From Bacteroidetes bacterium MED-G17 (GTDB lineage Bacteria; Bacteroidota; Bacteroidia; NS11-12g; UBA9320), in the NCBI GenBank assembly GCA_002457675.1, contig NTKK01000005.1, positions 87,867 to 151,866 of the forward strand: a stretch of DNA of 64,000 nt, in the 5' to 3' direction. A program made the translations under genes and the position numbers. The notes below the pieces were generated by a model. The model was given only the letters and a program-made list of their open reading frames with translations, searched no databases and was not told where the DNA came from. Shown piece after piece: positions 38,584 to 48,465 of the stretch (positions within the stretch are counted from its first letter, which is position 1; every line of letters starts with the position of its first letter).

Positions 38584-39402
38584 ATGGAAAACAAAAGAAA
38601 AAAAATTCTTTTTATCTCTTCAGAAATGAGTCCTTTTTTGGAGAGTTCTCCACTAGCTGAAATTGCTAGAAAATTGCCACAAGCAATTCAGGAGCAGGAT
38701 AATGAGGTGAGGATATTAATCCCAAGATTTGGTTTAATCAATGAAAGAAGAAACAGGCTGCATGAGGTTGTTCGACTTAGCGGTATGAACATCACCATTG
38801 ATGATAATGACAACCCTTTGACTATAAAGGTTGCCTCAATACCTAGTACAAAAATGCAGGTATATTTTTTAGATAATGAAGATTTTTTTCATCGCAAAAG
38901 CTTATATGGAAATGAAAATGAAGAATTCTTTAAAGATAATGACGAACGCACAATATTCTTCTGTAAAGGTGCTCTCGAAACAGTTAAAAAATTAGGATGG
39001 TATCCTGATATCATCCACTGCCAAGGTTGGATGACCAGCCTAATTCCTTTATACTTAAAAACCCTGTATAAAGACGAACCTGTCTTTTTCAATTCCAAAG
39101 TGGTTTATAGTGTCTTTAACAACAGTTTTGAAGCAAACATGGGTGATGATTTTACCCGAAAAGCTACATTAAACCAAATTGAAAACAACATTCTTTCTGA
39201 TTTTGGAAATGGGGACAATACTAGCCTTCAAATCGGGGGTGTAGTCCACTCTGATGCAGTAGTCAAATGCTCAGAAAGTTTGGATCCCAAGCTAATAGAA
39301 ACGCTTGATGCCCAGTCCAATAAACCATTGATTGAACATTCTGAAGAAACTATTGGAGAAACATATTCCGACTTATACAACAATTTACTTTCTGAAAACT
39401 AA
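38584..39402 (+). CDS. Short glycogen/starch synthase-like protein (GT5 N-terminal half only)
   Basis: 272 aa with KILFISSEMSPFLESSPLAEIARKLPQAIQEQDNEVRILIPRFG. No C-terminal Rossmann half is present. Confidence 0.6.
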   Translation: MENKRKKILFISSEMSPFLESSPLAEIARKLPQAIQEQDNEVRILIPRFGLINERRNRLHEVVRLSGMNITIDDNDNPLTIKVASIPSTKMQVYFLDNEDFFHRKSLYGNENEEFFKDNDERTIFFCKGALETVKKLGWYPDIIHCQGWMTSLIPLYLKTLYKDEPVFFNSKVVYSVFNNSFEANMGDDFTRKATLNQIENNILSDFGNGDNTSLQIGGVVHSDAVVKCSESLDPKLIETLDAQSNKPLIEHSEETIGETYSDLYNNLLSEN

Positions 39403-39411
39403 CTGTTCAAA

Positions 39412-40728
39412 ATGCTGATTAACAGCTGTAATAAAGTGGTACGTTTATTTTTTTTACCACTTTTATTTCTCGTTTCCTGCAAAAATGACCTGACAGACGT
39501 AGGCGTAAATATTAATCCAAATGCCTCCCAACTTAATCAACAAACATTGGACAGCTTTAATTGGACATGCACAAGCCAATATGTAGATTCTTTTGCGACA
39601 AATAATTTGAGTTCATTTCTTTTGGGTGCCATCAATGACCCATCTTTTGGAATCTATTCAGCCTCAATTGTTGGTCAAGCACGATTGGCATCTTTAGGAA
39701 GAGGTTTTTCTGATACTTCCAAACTAGATTCCATTGTAATGTATCTTGTGTTAGATCAAAATGACAGATTCTTTGGGGACAGCAACACGCTGATGGAACT
39801 AAGCGTATTTGAAATGCTTGATAATTTAGACTCCGTTTATTATTCCAACTCAAACCTTGGCAACCTCAATCAAATTGGTCAATACAGAGGAAAAATGTAT
39901 ACAACGGACTCTTTTACTAGGGTTTTTGGTAGCGATACAACAAAAACTTTACCGAGTATCAGAATTGCACTATCTGAAACTTTTGGCAAAAAATTAATGG
40001 ACCCAAGTAATGGGAATAATTATGATGACAATTCCATTTTCACTGAATTTATCAAAGGAATTGCTATCGTTCCGAATGAGAACCAAATTGCTGGTTTGGG
40101 AGGTATAAGCTCGATAGACTTGAGAAACTTTTACTCAGAGATTGTTGTATATTACGATAAAGAAAAATCCAAATCACTCATCTTTAGCAATTACTCAAAC
40201 CTAGGTAATTTGTACGCTCAAAAAAATCAACCTTTGGATTTACGCCAACAGCTTTCCGATTCGACCCACTATGATCAAACCTATGCCCAAGGCATGGGGG
40301 GATGCCAAATAAAAATATTAGTTAGAGACTTAATTGATAGCTTAAAAGAATATGGCCAAGATATCGTAATAAATCAAGCATCACTAACACTTACACCAAA
40401 AGAAGGCTTCGAACTTGATGAGCTTCCCTTCCCCAAAAGATTGAATCTCTTTTCTTTAGATAGTAATGGGAATAGAAATATTACGGAAGATTTTTTTACA
40501 AACTCTTTAGGAGGCTTCTTTGATGAATCAGAAAAAAACTACACTTTTATGATTACTCGTGAAATTCAATCTATATTAAATGATTTCAACTTTACTGGCT
40601 TAGAATCAAACCATGGCTTTGTTGTATCTATACCTTCAGATAACCCTTTAGAAGCAAGCCGCTTGGTTTTAGACAGTAGAAAGAACGAAGGGATAAAACT
40701 GAACATTAAATATACTGTTCTTAATTAA
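39412..40728 (+). CDS. DUF4270-like lipoprotein
   Basis: Lipobox LFLVS|C. 438 aa. Its position right after the short glycogen-synthase-like gene matches the Flavobacteriia synteny I remember. Confidence 0.45.
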   Translation: MLINSCNKVVRLFFLPLLFLVSCKNDLTDVGVNINPNASQLNQQTLDSFNWTCTSQYVDSFATNNLSSFLLGAINDPSFGIYSASIVGQARLASLGRGFSDTSKLDSIVMYLVLDQNDRFFGDSNTLMELSVFEMLDNLDSVYYSNSNLGNLNQIGQYRGKMYTTDSFTRVFGSDTTKTLPSIRIALSETFGKKLMDPSNGNNYDDNSIFTEFIKGIAIVPNENQIAGLGGISSIDLRNFYSEIVVYYDKEKSKSLIFSNYSNLGNLYAQKNQPLDLRQQLSDSTHYDQTYAQGMGGCQIKILVRDLIDSLKEYGQDIVINQASLTLTPKEGFELDELPFPKRLNLFSLDSNGNRNITEDFFTNSLGGFFDESEKNYTFMITREIQSILNDFNFTGLESNHGFVVSIPSDNPLEASRLVLDSRKNEGIKLNIKYTVLN

Positions 40729-40731
40729 AAA

Positions 40732-41712
40732 ATGCATTTAGCCATTATTGGAGCCACTGGAATGGTGGGAAAAACCTTTATAAAAGTTTTGGAGGAATTT
40801 AGACTCCCTATTGACAAAATAGATTTTGTTGCCTCAATAAAATCAATGGGGAAAAAAATAAAATTTAATGGCAAAGAATACCCTATAATTAGTCTAGAAG
40901 AATGTCTTCAGCAACCGCCAGAATTTGCATTGTTTTCTGCAGGCTCCTCAATTTCTATTGAATATGCGCCAAAACTAGCTGAAAAAGGTACGTGTGTAAT
41001 CGACAATAGTTCGGCATTCAGAATGGAAAAAAATATCAAATTAATTGTTCCAGAGATCAATGGGCATATACTTTCTAAGGACGATAAGATCATCGCCAAC
41101 CCAAATTGCTCTACTATTCAACTGTTGATGCCTATATCTCCTCTTCATCAAAAATATAAGATAAAACGCATGATTGTAAGCACATATCAATCTGTAACAG
41201 GAACGGGCAAAGAAGCATTAGAGCAATTAATGGGAGAAAGAGAAAAGAAAAAAAATATACAATCCATTTATCCACACCAAATCGATTTAAACCTCCTTCC
41301 ACATTGTGATGTCTTCCTTGAAAATGGATACACCAAAGAAGAAATGAAAATTGTAAACGAAACCCACAAAATATTAGATGACGAGAACATTCGTATAAGC
41401 ACGACGGCAGTTAGAGTACCTATCAAAGGAGGACATGCTGAATCAGTAAATGTAGAATTTGAAAACCACTTTGACATACAGGACATCTATGAGCTACTTG
41501 AAAATTCCCCGGGTATCTCAGTCCAAGACGATCCCACAAACAATTTATACCCGACCCCTGTTTTTGCAGAGGGGAAAAACGAGGTATTTGTAGGAAGAAT
41601 TCGCCAAGATTTGTCACACCCAAAAGGACTAAACCTTTGGATTGTAAGCGACAACCTAAGAAAAGGAGCTGCCACAAATGCCATTCAGATTCTCCAAAAA
41701 CAAATTAAATAA
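40732..41712 (+). CDS. asd: Aspartate-semialdehyde dehydrogenase
   Basis: IIGATGMVG, the active-site segment IIANPNCSTIQL, and VRVPIKGGHAESV. Confidence 0.92.
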   Translation: MHLAIIGATGMVGKTFIKVLEEFRLPIDKIDFVASIKSMGKKIKFNGKEYPIISLEECLQQPPEFALFSAGSSISIEYAPKLAEKGTCVIDNSSAFRMEKNIKLIVPEINGHILSKDDKIIANPNCSTIQLLMPISPLHQKYKIKRMIVSTYQSVTGTGKEALEQLMGEREKKKNIQSIYPHQIDLNLLPHCDVFLENGYTKEEMKIVNETHKILDDENIRISTTAVRVPIKGGHAESVNVEFENHFDIQDIYELLENSPGISVQDDPTNNLYPTPVFAEGKNEVFVGRIRQDLSHPKGLNLWIVSDNLRKGAATNAIQILQKQIK

Positions 41713-42774
41713 ATGCCCGCAGGATTTTTTCAATTAAGCGTTAAAGAAATTGTTCGCCAAACAAAAGATGCCATTCAAATTGTAATGAGCATACCAAATC
41801 ACTTGGAATCACAATTCATTTATGAATCTGGTCAGTATATAACCATACATCAAAACATCTCAGGAGAAGATGTTAGACGCTCATACTCTATTTGCTCAAG
41901 CCCTTTTGCAGATAAAGAATTAAGTGTCGCTGTAAAAGAGGTGCCTGGCGGCAAAATGAGCACTTTTTTAAATCAAGAATTAAAAGAAGGTCAACAATTG
42001 GAAGTAATGGCGCCAATGGGTAATTTCAAACTGCAACCCAACTTTGAACATAAACACCACTTTTTGTTTGGTGGTGGAAGTGGCATAACTCCTTTGTTAT
42101 CGATTATAAAAACCGCTTTACACGAAGAAAATAGTAAAGTAACCTTGGTATATGCGAATAAAAACGAGGCATCAATTATTTTCAATAAAGAACTAAGATC
42201 ACTGCATGAAAGCTTTTCTAATCGCTTTCAAATCATACATTCTATAGATTCCCCAGAAGAAAATTGGGCAGACTTAAAAGGTCAATTAAACCATGAGAGA
42301 TTATTACAGCTTATTGAAGAATATGCAAACAATGAAAGTATTTTTTACATCTGTGGGCCGAATGGCATGATGGAGCTGGTAAAGAATACTCTTGAAAAAA
42401 GAAATATACCAAAGGATCAAATTAAACTGGAATATTTTACTTCTACCGCAAGTGATAGCAGCAAAACTCAAGAAAATATTGCACCCAGTGAAGAGGTGAC
42501 GGAGTCAGAAGTTTTAATAGAAGTATACGGAGATGAATCCATTGTAACTGTTGAAGAAGGTCAAACCATTTTAGAAGCTGTACAAGATGCTGATTTGGAC
42601 CCTCCATATAGTTGCACAGCTGGCGTATGCACTACTTGCAGAGCTCGAGTAATCGCTGGAAGCGTTAAAATGGATGAAAGAGAAGGGTTAAGCGATGCAG
42701 AGATTGAAGAAGGCTTTGTACTTACCTGCCAATCAAGACCTACGTCAAGTAAATGCCATTTAATTTTTGAGTAA
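41713..42774 (+). CDS. paaE: Ferredoxin-NAD(P) reductase with C-terminal 2Fe-2S domain (PaaE/PaaK-like)
   Basis: The FAD-binding motif RSYSICS, the NAD-binding motif FGGGSGITP, and the plant-type cluster CTAGVCTTCRARV..LTC. Confidence 0.75.
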   Translation: MPAGFFQLSVKEIVRQTKDAIQIVMSIPNHLESQFIYESGQYITIHQNISGEDVRRSYSICSSPFADKELSVAVKEVPGGKMSTFLNQELKEGQQLEVMAPMGNFKLQPNFEHKHHFLFGGGSGITPLLSIIKTALHEENSKVTLVYANKNEASIIFNKELRSLHESFSNRFQIIHSIDSPEENWADLKGQLNHERLLQLIEEYANNESIFYICGPNGMMELVKNTLEKRNIPKDQIKLEYFTSTASDSSKTQENIAPSEEVTESEVLIEVYGDESIVTVEEGQTILEAVQDADLDPPYSCTAGVCTTCRARVIAGSVKMDEREGLSDAEIEEGFVLTCQSRPTSSKCHLIFE

Positions 42775-43182
42775 TCATAGGTTTACTCGAACCTCCCAAG
42801 AATTCTCTAATTTTTTCTTGACAGTTAACCCTTTGTCATAAAAGGCACCGTGAATCATGCTAGGCAATCTAAAATTTTTGAAGCCAAGCTTATTTAAATA
42901 GTTTTTTAACTCATTCACATCATCAAAAACTTTTTGTTCCACCAAATTTTTGTTTTTTTTCTGCACACGGTAAGTATCTAAAATTTGCTTAACTGAGCGC
43001 ACAAATTCCTCTTCATGCTCTTGCGGGACCATAAATGTTACTACCTTTTGATTGTTTTTTGTCATCCAAAATTGACTCCTACAAGTTGATGAACAAAATT
43101 TTGCTGTTGAACGATGCGCCTCAAATTTTCTCAAACAATGTTTACATTCAATCGATGTTTTTGTGCTTTTAAGTCTATTCAT
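42775..43182 (-). CDS. Hypothetical protein with N-terminal CxxC..FCSxxC zinc ribbon
   Basis: 135 aa with CKHCLRKFEAHRSTAKFCSSTCRSQF (FCS/TRASH-like spacing). The rest has no recognisable motif. A TATTTTTG box lies at 43226..43233 on the minus strand. Confidence 0.45.
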   Translation of the reverse strand: MNRLKSTKTSIECKHCLRKFEAHRSTAKFCSSTCRSQFWMTKNNQKVVTFMVPQEHEEEFVRSVKQILDTYRVQKKNKNLVEQKVFDDVNELKNYLNKLGFKNFRLPSMIHGAFYDKGLTVKKKLENSWEVRVNL

Positions 43183-43269
43183 CGGGTTGTCAATTGATTA
43201 AAAAAATCCACAAGTTTTCAACAATCAAAAATAGCTTTTTTGAACAAAGCACCAAGTAAAAAATGAGAA

Positions 43270-43524
43270 TTAAATCAAATCCATAATAGATTTTTTTTTC
43301 TGATATTTATATCGTTTAAAATTTTGCCAAAATGCCAGAATAAGGTAAATAACTACTGGTGAGCCTAGTGTGAGAAAAGTCACGTAGATAAAATAAAGCC
43401 GGACTTTTGCTGAACTAATTCCTAGCTTCACCCCAAAGGATTCTAAAACACCGAATATTTTCTTTTCAATCAAATATTTTACTTGTCGCACAATAATTTT
43501 TGTCCCCAATGACAGGAATAACAA
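43270..43524 (-). CDS. PspC-domain membrane protein
   Basis: KKIFGVLESFGVKLGISSAKVRLYFIYVTFLTLG plus one TM helix. The 5' end is uncertain: an internal TTG at 43473 would avoid overlap with the DUF2851 3' end. Confidence 0.6.
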   Translation of the reverse strand: MLFLSLGTKIIVRQVKYLIEKKIFGVLESFGVKLGISSAKVRLYFIYVTFLTLGSPVVIYLILAFWQNFKRYKYQKKKSIMDLI

Positions 43525-44756
43525 CGCTTAAAGGTACAATATTTCTTGTGTAAATGCAAAACAGCTTGTGTTTCTAGGGCGCTAGCGAAAATTAAACCCA
43601 GATTTTCAAAAGCACTGGTGATGCTATTTTTTTCAGGGGAAATTTTACCTAACCATGTCGTATAATTCTCAATAGAAAATTTTCCAAGACTTTTGTTATA
43701 AAAAAAATGAAAAGGTAAAATAGCATTCAATAGTATATTGTCTTTTAAGCGTTTGCCTGCATTGACAGGAATTTTTTTTGCTTTATTTCCAAAATTTGTA
43801 TGTGTTTGCCAGTAATTACTTGCTTTAAAATTTATTTTATTTTTTATCCAAATTTCAATTTGCTCATCATCTGTTAAGCTAAAAATTTTCCCTTTAAGCA
43901 AGAAAATCAGATGCGCTAGCTGCGCAATTTTTATACTAGGGAAACTACTTGGTCGCATTCTAGAAAATTTCCACAGAATCTTTGGGGGTTGGGCTAACTT
44001 ATGCTTATGCATCAAATATTTAAATGTTGTACGAAGTTTTTGATGATATGTATCTTTAGGAGAAGTGCATAAAAAGCCTGCCATGCCAAAAAGAAACGCT
44101 TCTATTGTATGTAAATCTTTTGCTTCTCTAAATAAAATCTTATGCGAGCAATATTGACCTAACATAGTAAAAGCTTCTTTATTTACTTTAGCTCCAAAAG
44201 CACTAAACAGTAGACAACAAAAAAGTTGAGGCCAATCATTCATATACGTCAATCTTTGTTTAAGCTCCTCTACCCGAAATTCATATCTTTCTATGGCCAA
44301 TCTTTCAACCCAAAATATGTCATGAAATTTTGTGCTTCTTTCTTTATCAAAGAAATTTTGACAGGGAATAAATGATTTAGATGTTTCAAGTAAATTGGTA
44401 TTTTCAATTATCTCTTTTGCTATATATTTTTCTACTTCCAACTGCCTAGGTAGCTTAATGTAATCAATGAAAATAGGTGCATCTATCTTATATACAACAT
44501 GCAATATTACTTGCTTATAGTGGTCGTTATGTTAGTGTTTATGTTTATTCCAATCGGACGACTTTAGATGAATTTCCACAGAACCAAAAAAATTCATTTC
44601 CCCAATAAGAATATGTGCTTGTAAAAAATCTGGACCTTCATTTTTGTTATAAATTCCTGGTTTAATTACCCTAATTTCATCCCCTTTATCGTCAATAAAA
44701 TGATGACTTTTGAATAATTGAAACTTCCAGATGTAATGCAAAAGTTCTTCTTTCAT
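43479..44756 (-). pseudogene. DUF2851 family gene interrupted by one in-frame TAA (44532..44534)
   Basis: Track ORFs 44532..44756 and 43479..44504 are in the same frame. The read-through sequence is ..VEIHLKSSDWNKHKH*HNDHYKQVILHVVYKID.., which spans the conserved DUF2851 N-terminal core. Confidence 0.7.
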
Positions 44757-44782
44757 AAAAAGGATAACTAATTTCGAATTTC

Positions 44783-46123
44783 ATGTCGAACATAATAGAA
44801 AAAATTGAACAGAACATTACTTCGCGCAATTTGTTCGACAAAAAGAAACAAGTTTTACTCGCATTTAGTGGTGGAAGAGACTCCGTTTCACTACTTTACG
44901 CCCTAAACAAATTGGGTATTGACATTTCATTAATTCATGTGAATTATTGCTTAAGGAATAAAGAGAGTGATAAAGATCAGTCTTTTACAGAGGATTTAGC
45001 CATAAAATTAAACATCCCTTATTTCGTTAAAAAAATACCACTCAAAAAATATCTTGATCATAGTCCTGATTCACTTCAAATGTTGGCACGTAAAATGCGT
45101 TATGCATTTTTTTATGAAATATTAAATTCACAAAATTTCTCAGTCATTGCTACTGCTCATCACGCTAATGATAATTTAGAAACAAGTTTGTTAAATTTTA
45201 CTAAAGCGAAAGGCCTAGGGTCTATAGCTGGAATCCCTTGGAAAAATGACAAAATTGTCCGACCAATGCTCAATATTACAAGAGAGGAAATTGATCAATT
45301 CATTAAGACAGAAAAACTACCCTTTCGAGAAGATAGCTCAAATGAGCACCTCTCATACCAAAGAAATTATATTCGTCATGAAATAATTCCCTTGCTCAAA
45401 AAAATTAACCCTGGCTTGGAAAATAGTCATATCAATTTAGCAGGATTTCTTTCTCAGAACAAAAAATTTGTGGACCAATCAATGGAGGAAATAAAATTCC
45501 AGATTAGCCAAAAGATTGATACCCAAACCACCTATTCATTTGGAAATTTATTGCAAAATACAAACCTCTCATTCATAATATTTAGTCTTTTTCAGAAATA
45601 TGGCCTTGGTAGGGCTCAAGCTTCAGACCTGCATAATTGCTTGCTAAACAATCATGTTGGTGCCGAATTTTATACCAAAAATTACTTACTTATTGTTGGT
45701 CGAAATTATACCATTTTTTTATCCAAATTAGAAGAAAAACCAGCTCGCCAATACCTGCTATATGAGGGAGGGCAAATCTTGTTTGGTAGAATCAAAATTT
45801 CCATTTCGAAAAAGCAAAAACGGCCAAAAACGCTTAAACAACGCGGGAGTAATACACTCTATGTAAACTCAAGGATTAACTTTCCACTGATTGTTAGGCA
45901 TTGGGAACATGGAGACCGTATTCAACCACTTGGTATGCATAGAACCAAACTTTTGAGTGATGTTTTTATAGACAATAAGATGGATTTTTTTGAAAAAAGT
46001 AATCTCCCTATCTTGATTTGCCAATCAGAGATTGTTTGTGCAGGAAAATATCAGTTATCTGAAAAGTTCTCTGTACAACCAAAAGACGACAGTTGTTTTG
46101 CTATCAATTTTGCTGACGAATAA
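44783..46123 (+). CDS. tilS: tRNA(Ile)-lysidine synthase
   Basis: PP-loop LLAFSGGRDSVSLL and TAHHANDNLET; 446 aa. Confidence 0.9.
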   Translation: MSNIIEKIEQNITSRNLFDKKKQVLLAFSGGRDSVSLLYALNKLGIDISLIHVNYCLRNKESDKDQSFTEDLAIKLNIPYFVKKIPLKKYLDHSPDSLQMLARKMRYAFFYEILNSQNFSVIATAHHANDNLETSLLNFTKAKGLGSIAGIPWKNDKIVRPMLNITREEIDQFIKTEKLPFREDSSNEHLSYQRNYIRHEIIPLLKKINPGLENSHINLAGFLSQNKKFVDQSMEEIKFQISQKIDTQTTYSFGNLLQNTNLSFIIFSLFQKYGLGRAQASDLHNCLLNNHVGAEFYTKNYLLIVGRNYTIFLSKLEEKPARQYLLYEGGQILFGRIKISISKKQKRPKTLKQRGSNTLYVNSRINFPLIVRHWEHGDRIQPLGMHRTKLLSDVFIDNKMDFFEKSNLPILICQSEIVCAGKYQLSEKFSVQPKDDSCFAINFADE

Positions 46124-47423
46124 TTATTTTTTGTGTTTGGCAATTTTTTGGCGTTTTCAGGACAATCGTGTACACACCATTTGGGCATTCAGAGATGTTT
46201 GTTTCAAAAAAAGAAACCATTGCAGGTATTTCAAACGATTTAACCTGTTGCCCAACATGATTATATAATGAAATATTGGTTTTATGAGAAAAATGCTGTG
46301 GATAATGAAAAACTAAGGTTGAAGAGGCAGGATTCTCGATACGAATTTTTGCCAAGTTTGCTTCTTCAATGCCAACTGTCGTTTTTTCAATTGTAAAATC
46401 AGCTTGGACAGGCAAGTGGTCACTCAAATTATATAAAGCCATTTTAACTTCAGAGGGAACTGAATTATTAGAACTAGCGTCAATAGATTGATTGAATAAA
46501 GCGCCGCTATTACCAACTGATCGATAACTTTTTGAGATGTATTTTAACCCAAAGTCCCCATTAATAACTTCTTTTCCGGTCAAAATAAAATCAAAACGGT
46601 CATCAAGCCCACCGCCGGAAAAACAACCTCCATTTGTATTACTTGTTCTTGTACTCTGGGTATGTAGATTACTAAATAAATTGTTGTTGTTCCAATTTCC
46701 TGGAGAATTTACTGGATCAAAAAACCGGATGCTTTCCGTGCTATTTTGCGTAAAGGTTTTGTAGGTATCTTCTGTACTAGATTGGATATTAAAATCGCCA
46801 GAAATTATCCAATTGTCTCTATTTACTTTTTTGTTACCAACATAACGCATAATGGCTTTTGCAGCTTCATTTCTATCTTCTTTATTTGCCGAAGTGCTAC
46901 CTGCCTTTAGATGAGCAACCAAAATATGTATTTTATTCGTATCCCCTTTTTGAAGCGCCTCTTCATCTTTATAAAATAGTGTGTAAATGTCTATCAATCT
47001 TACAAGATTGGGCCCTCGAAATGTTCCATCGGCAAGTAGCTCTTTTCTAATCTCTTCTTGTTTTAACAATCCCATTTTGTTACCGTTGTAAAAAAGCATA
47101 TTGCCCAAATTAGAATTCACTTTAGGATTTGCAGCCTGATATCTATCTTCTCCTTCAATGTTTAAAGCTCCACTTAAAATTTCATTAAATAGAAAATTAC
47201 CAGGGCCAAGTTCATTAACTGTAAGAATATCTGGCTTTAAATAAGACATGATTACGGCTAGTTCCTGTTTTTTAGCGTCAAGTGAATTATTACTGCCGTT
47301 GCAATTATTGCTAGTAGCTCCAAAATACAAAAGGTTGTAGTGTACAAATTTTATTATGTCTTGATTTTGCCCACTTGCTGCAAGACAATAAGATGCTAAC
47401 AGAATGAAAAAAATACTTCTCAT
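46104..47423 (-). CDS. Secreted endonuclease/exonuclease/phosphatase (EEP) family protein with T9SS type A C-terminal domain
   Basis: Signal peptide MRSIFFILLASYCLAASG|QN. EEP motifs: TVNELG, ISGDFNI, LSDHLPV. The CTD-like tail is LVFHYPQ..ISLYNHVGQQV..CPNGVYTIVLKT. Confidence 0.75.
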   Translation of the reverse strand: MRSIFFILLASYCLAASGQNQDIIKFVHYNLLYFGATSNNCNGSNNSLDAKKQELAVIMSYLKPDILTVNELGPGNFLFNEILSGALNIEGEDRYQAANPKVNSNLGNMLFYNGNKMGLLKQEEIRKELLADGTFRGPNLVRLIDIYTLFYKDEEALQKGDTNKIHILVAHLKAGSTSANKEDRNEAAKAIMRYVGNKKVNRDNWIISGDFNIQSSTEDTYKTFTQNSTESIRFFDPVNSPGNWNNNNLFSNLHTQSTRTSNTNGGCFSGGGLDDRFDFILTGKEVINGDFGLKYISKSYRSVGNSGALFNQSIDASSNNSVPSEVKMALYNLSDHLPVQADFTIEKTTVGIEEANLAKIRIENPASSTLVFHYPQHFSHKTNISLYNHVGQQVKSFEIPAMVSFFETNISECPNGVYTIVLKTPKNCQTQKIIIRQQN

Positions 47424-47514
47424 TTGAAAACGAAGTTAAATATATATACATCAAAGAATAAAAGTTTGGAATACTTAATATTCAATTAACCTAACTTCAT
47501 CACATTTTTTTAAT

Positions 47515-48036
47515 TTGCGATTTGTGGATGCACTTTGGATCGGCATAGGCTGTTTTTCACTTTTATTTGGTTTAATTGGTAGTTTTTTGCCTATAATTCC
47601 AGGTCCACCCTTATCCTATTTTGGCTTACTCTGCCTTTTTTTTCATTCTGAGATTAGAGATAAAATTTCTTTATCTTGGGTCATTTTCTTTGGGATTACC
47701 ATGTTAGTCATCACTATATTAGATTATATACTACCCATTTGGGGAACAAAAAAATTTGGTGGCACACAATCTGGTCAAAGAGGAAGTACAATAGGACTAA
47801 TTGTAGCTATACTACTTGGAGCAGGATTCCCTATTCTTGGTGTTTTTGGAGTGATTGTTGCCCCATTTTTCGGTGCGTTCGCTGGAGAACTGCTGGGTGG
47901 TCAAAATTCAAAAATCGCATGGAAGAGTGGCTTTGGTTCTTTTTTGGGCTTTTTAACAGGAACCATTATGAAACTAATTTTTGGATTGATCATGATTTTT
48001 GAATTTTTAAAACATTGTTTAAAGTATTGGCTATGA
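47515..48036 (+). CDS. DUF456 family membrane protein
   Basis: Multi-TM protein with the IIPGPPLSYFG motif. A TTG start is required because there is no early ATG. Confidence 0.6.
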   Translation: MRFVDALWIGIGCFSLLFGLIGSFLPIIPGPPLSYFGLLCLFFHSEIRDKISLSWVIFFGITMLVITILDYILPIWGTKKFGGTQSGQRGSTIGLIVAILLGAGFPILGVFGVIVAPFFGAFAGELLGGQNSKIAWKSGFGSFLGFLTGTIMKLIFGLIMIFEFLKHCLKYWL

Positions 48037-48464
48037 AATTACATATGGAATATAATCATTGGGCGAATGAGTGTTATATAGAAAAACTTTCAACGTTATC
48101 CATTGGCAAAGGACATGAAATATTGGGACATATATTGACTGCGCATTCTCTTTGGCTAGACAGAATCAATGCAGAACCATTTCGCTATGGCATTTGGCAG
48201 AATATTCCAAAAGAAAATTGGCGAAAACTAAATAATGACAATTATCAGCGTTCTATGAGTATTCTAGAACATAAAGTACCCGAAAGTATCATTGAGTATG
48301 AAGACCATAAAGGTAATTTTCAAGTAAAATGGTTACGTGACATAATTTCACATATCAATTTGCATGGTGCATACCATAGAGGTCAATTGGCATTTATGCT
48401 TAGACAAAGCAATATTATCCCTCCAATTACTGACTACTCCGACTTTATTAGTGAAGATGATTAA
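48033..48464 (+). CDS. DinB-family (four-helix bundle) protein
   Basis: YNHWANE, HILTAHSLWLDRI and HGAYHRGQLAFML. ATG 48033 forms an ATGA overlap with the DUF456 stop. Confidence 0.7.
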   Translation: MKLHMEYNHWANECYIEKLSTLSIGKGHEILGHILTAHSLWLDRINAEPFRYGIWQNIPKENWRKLNNDNYQRSMSILEHKVPESIIEYEDHKGNFQVKWLRDIISHINLHGAYHRGQLAFMLRQSNIIPPITDYSDFISEDD

Positions 48465-48465
48465 A

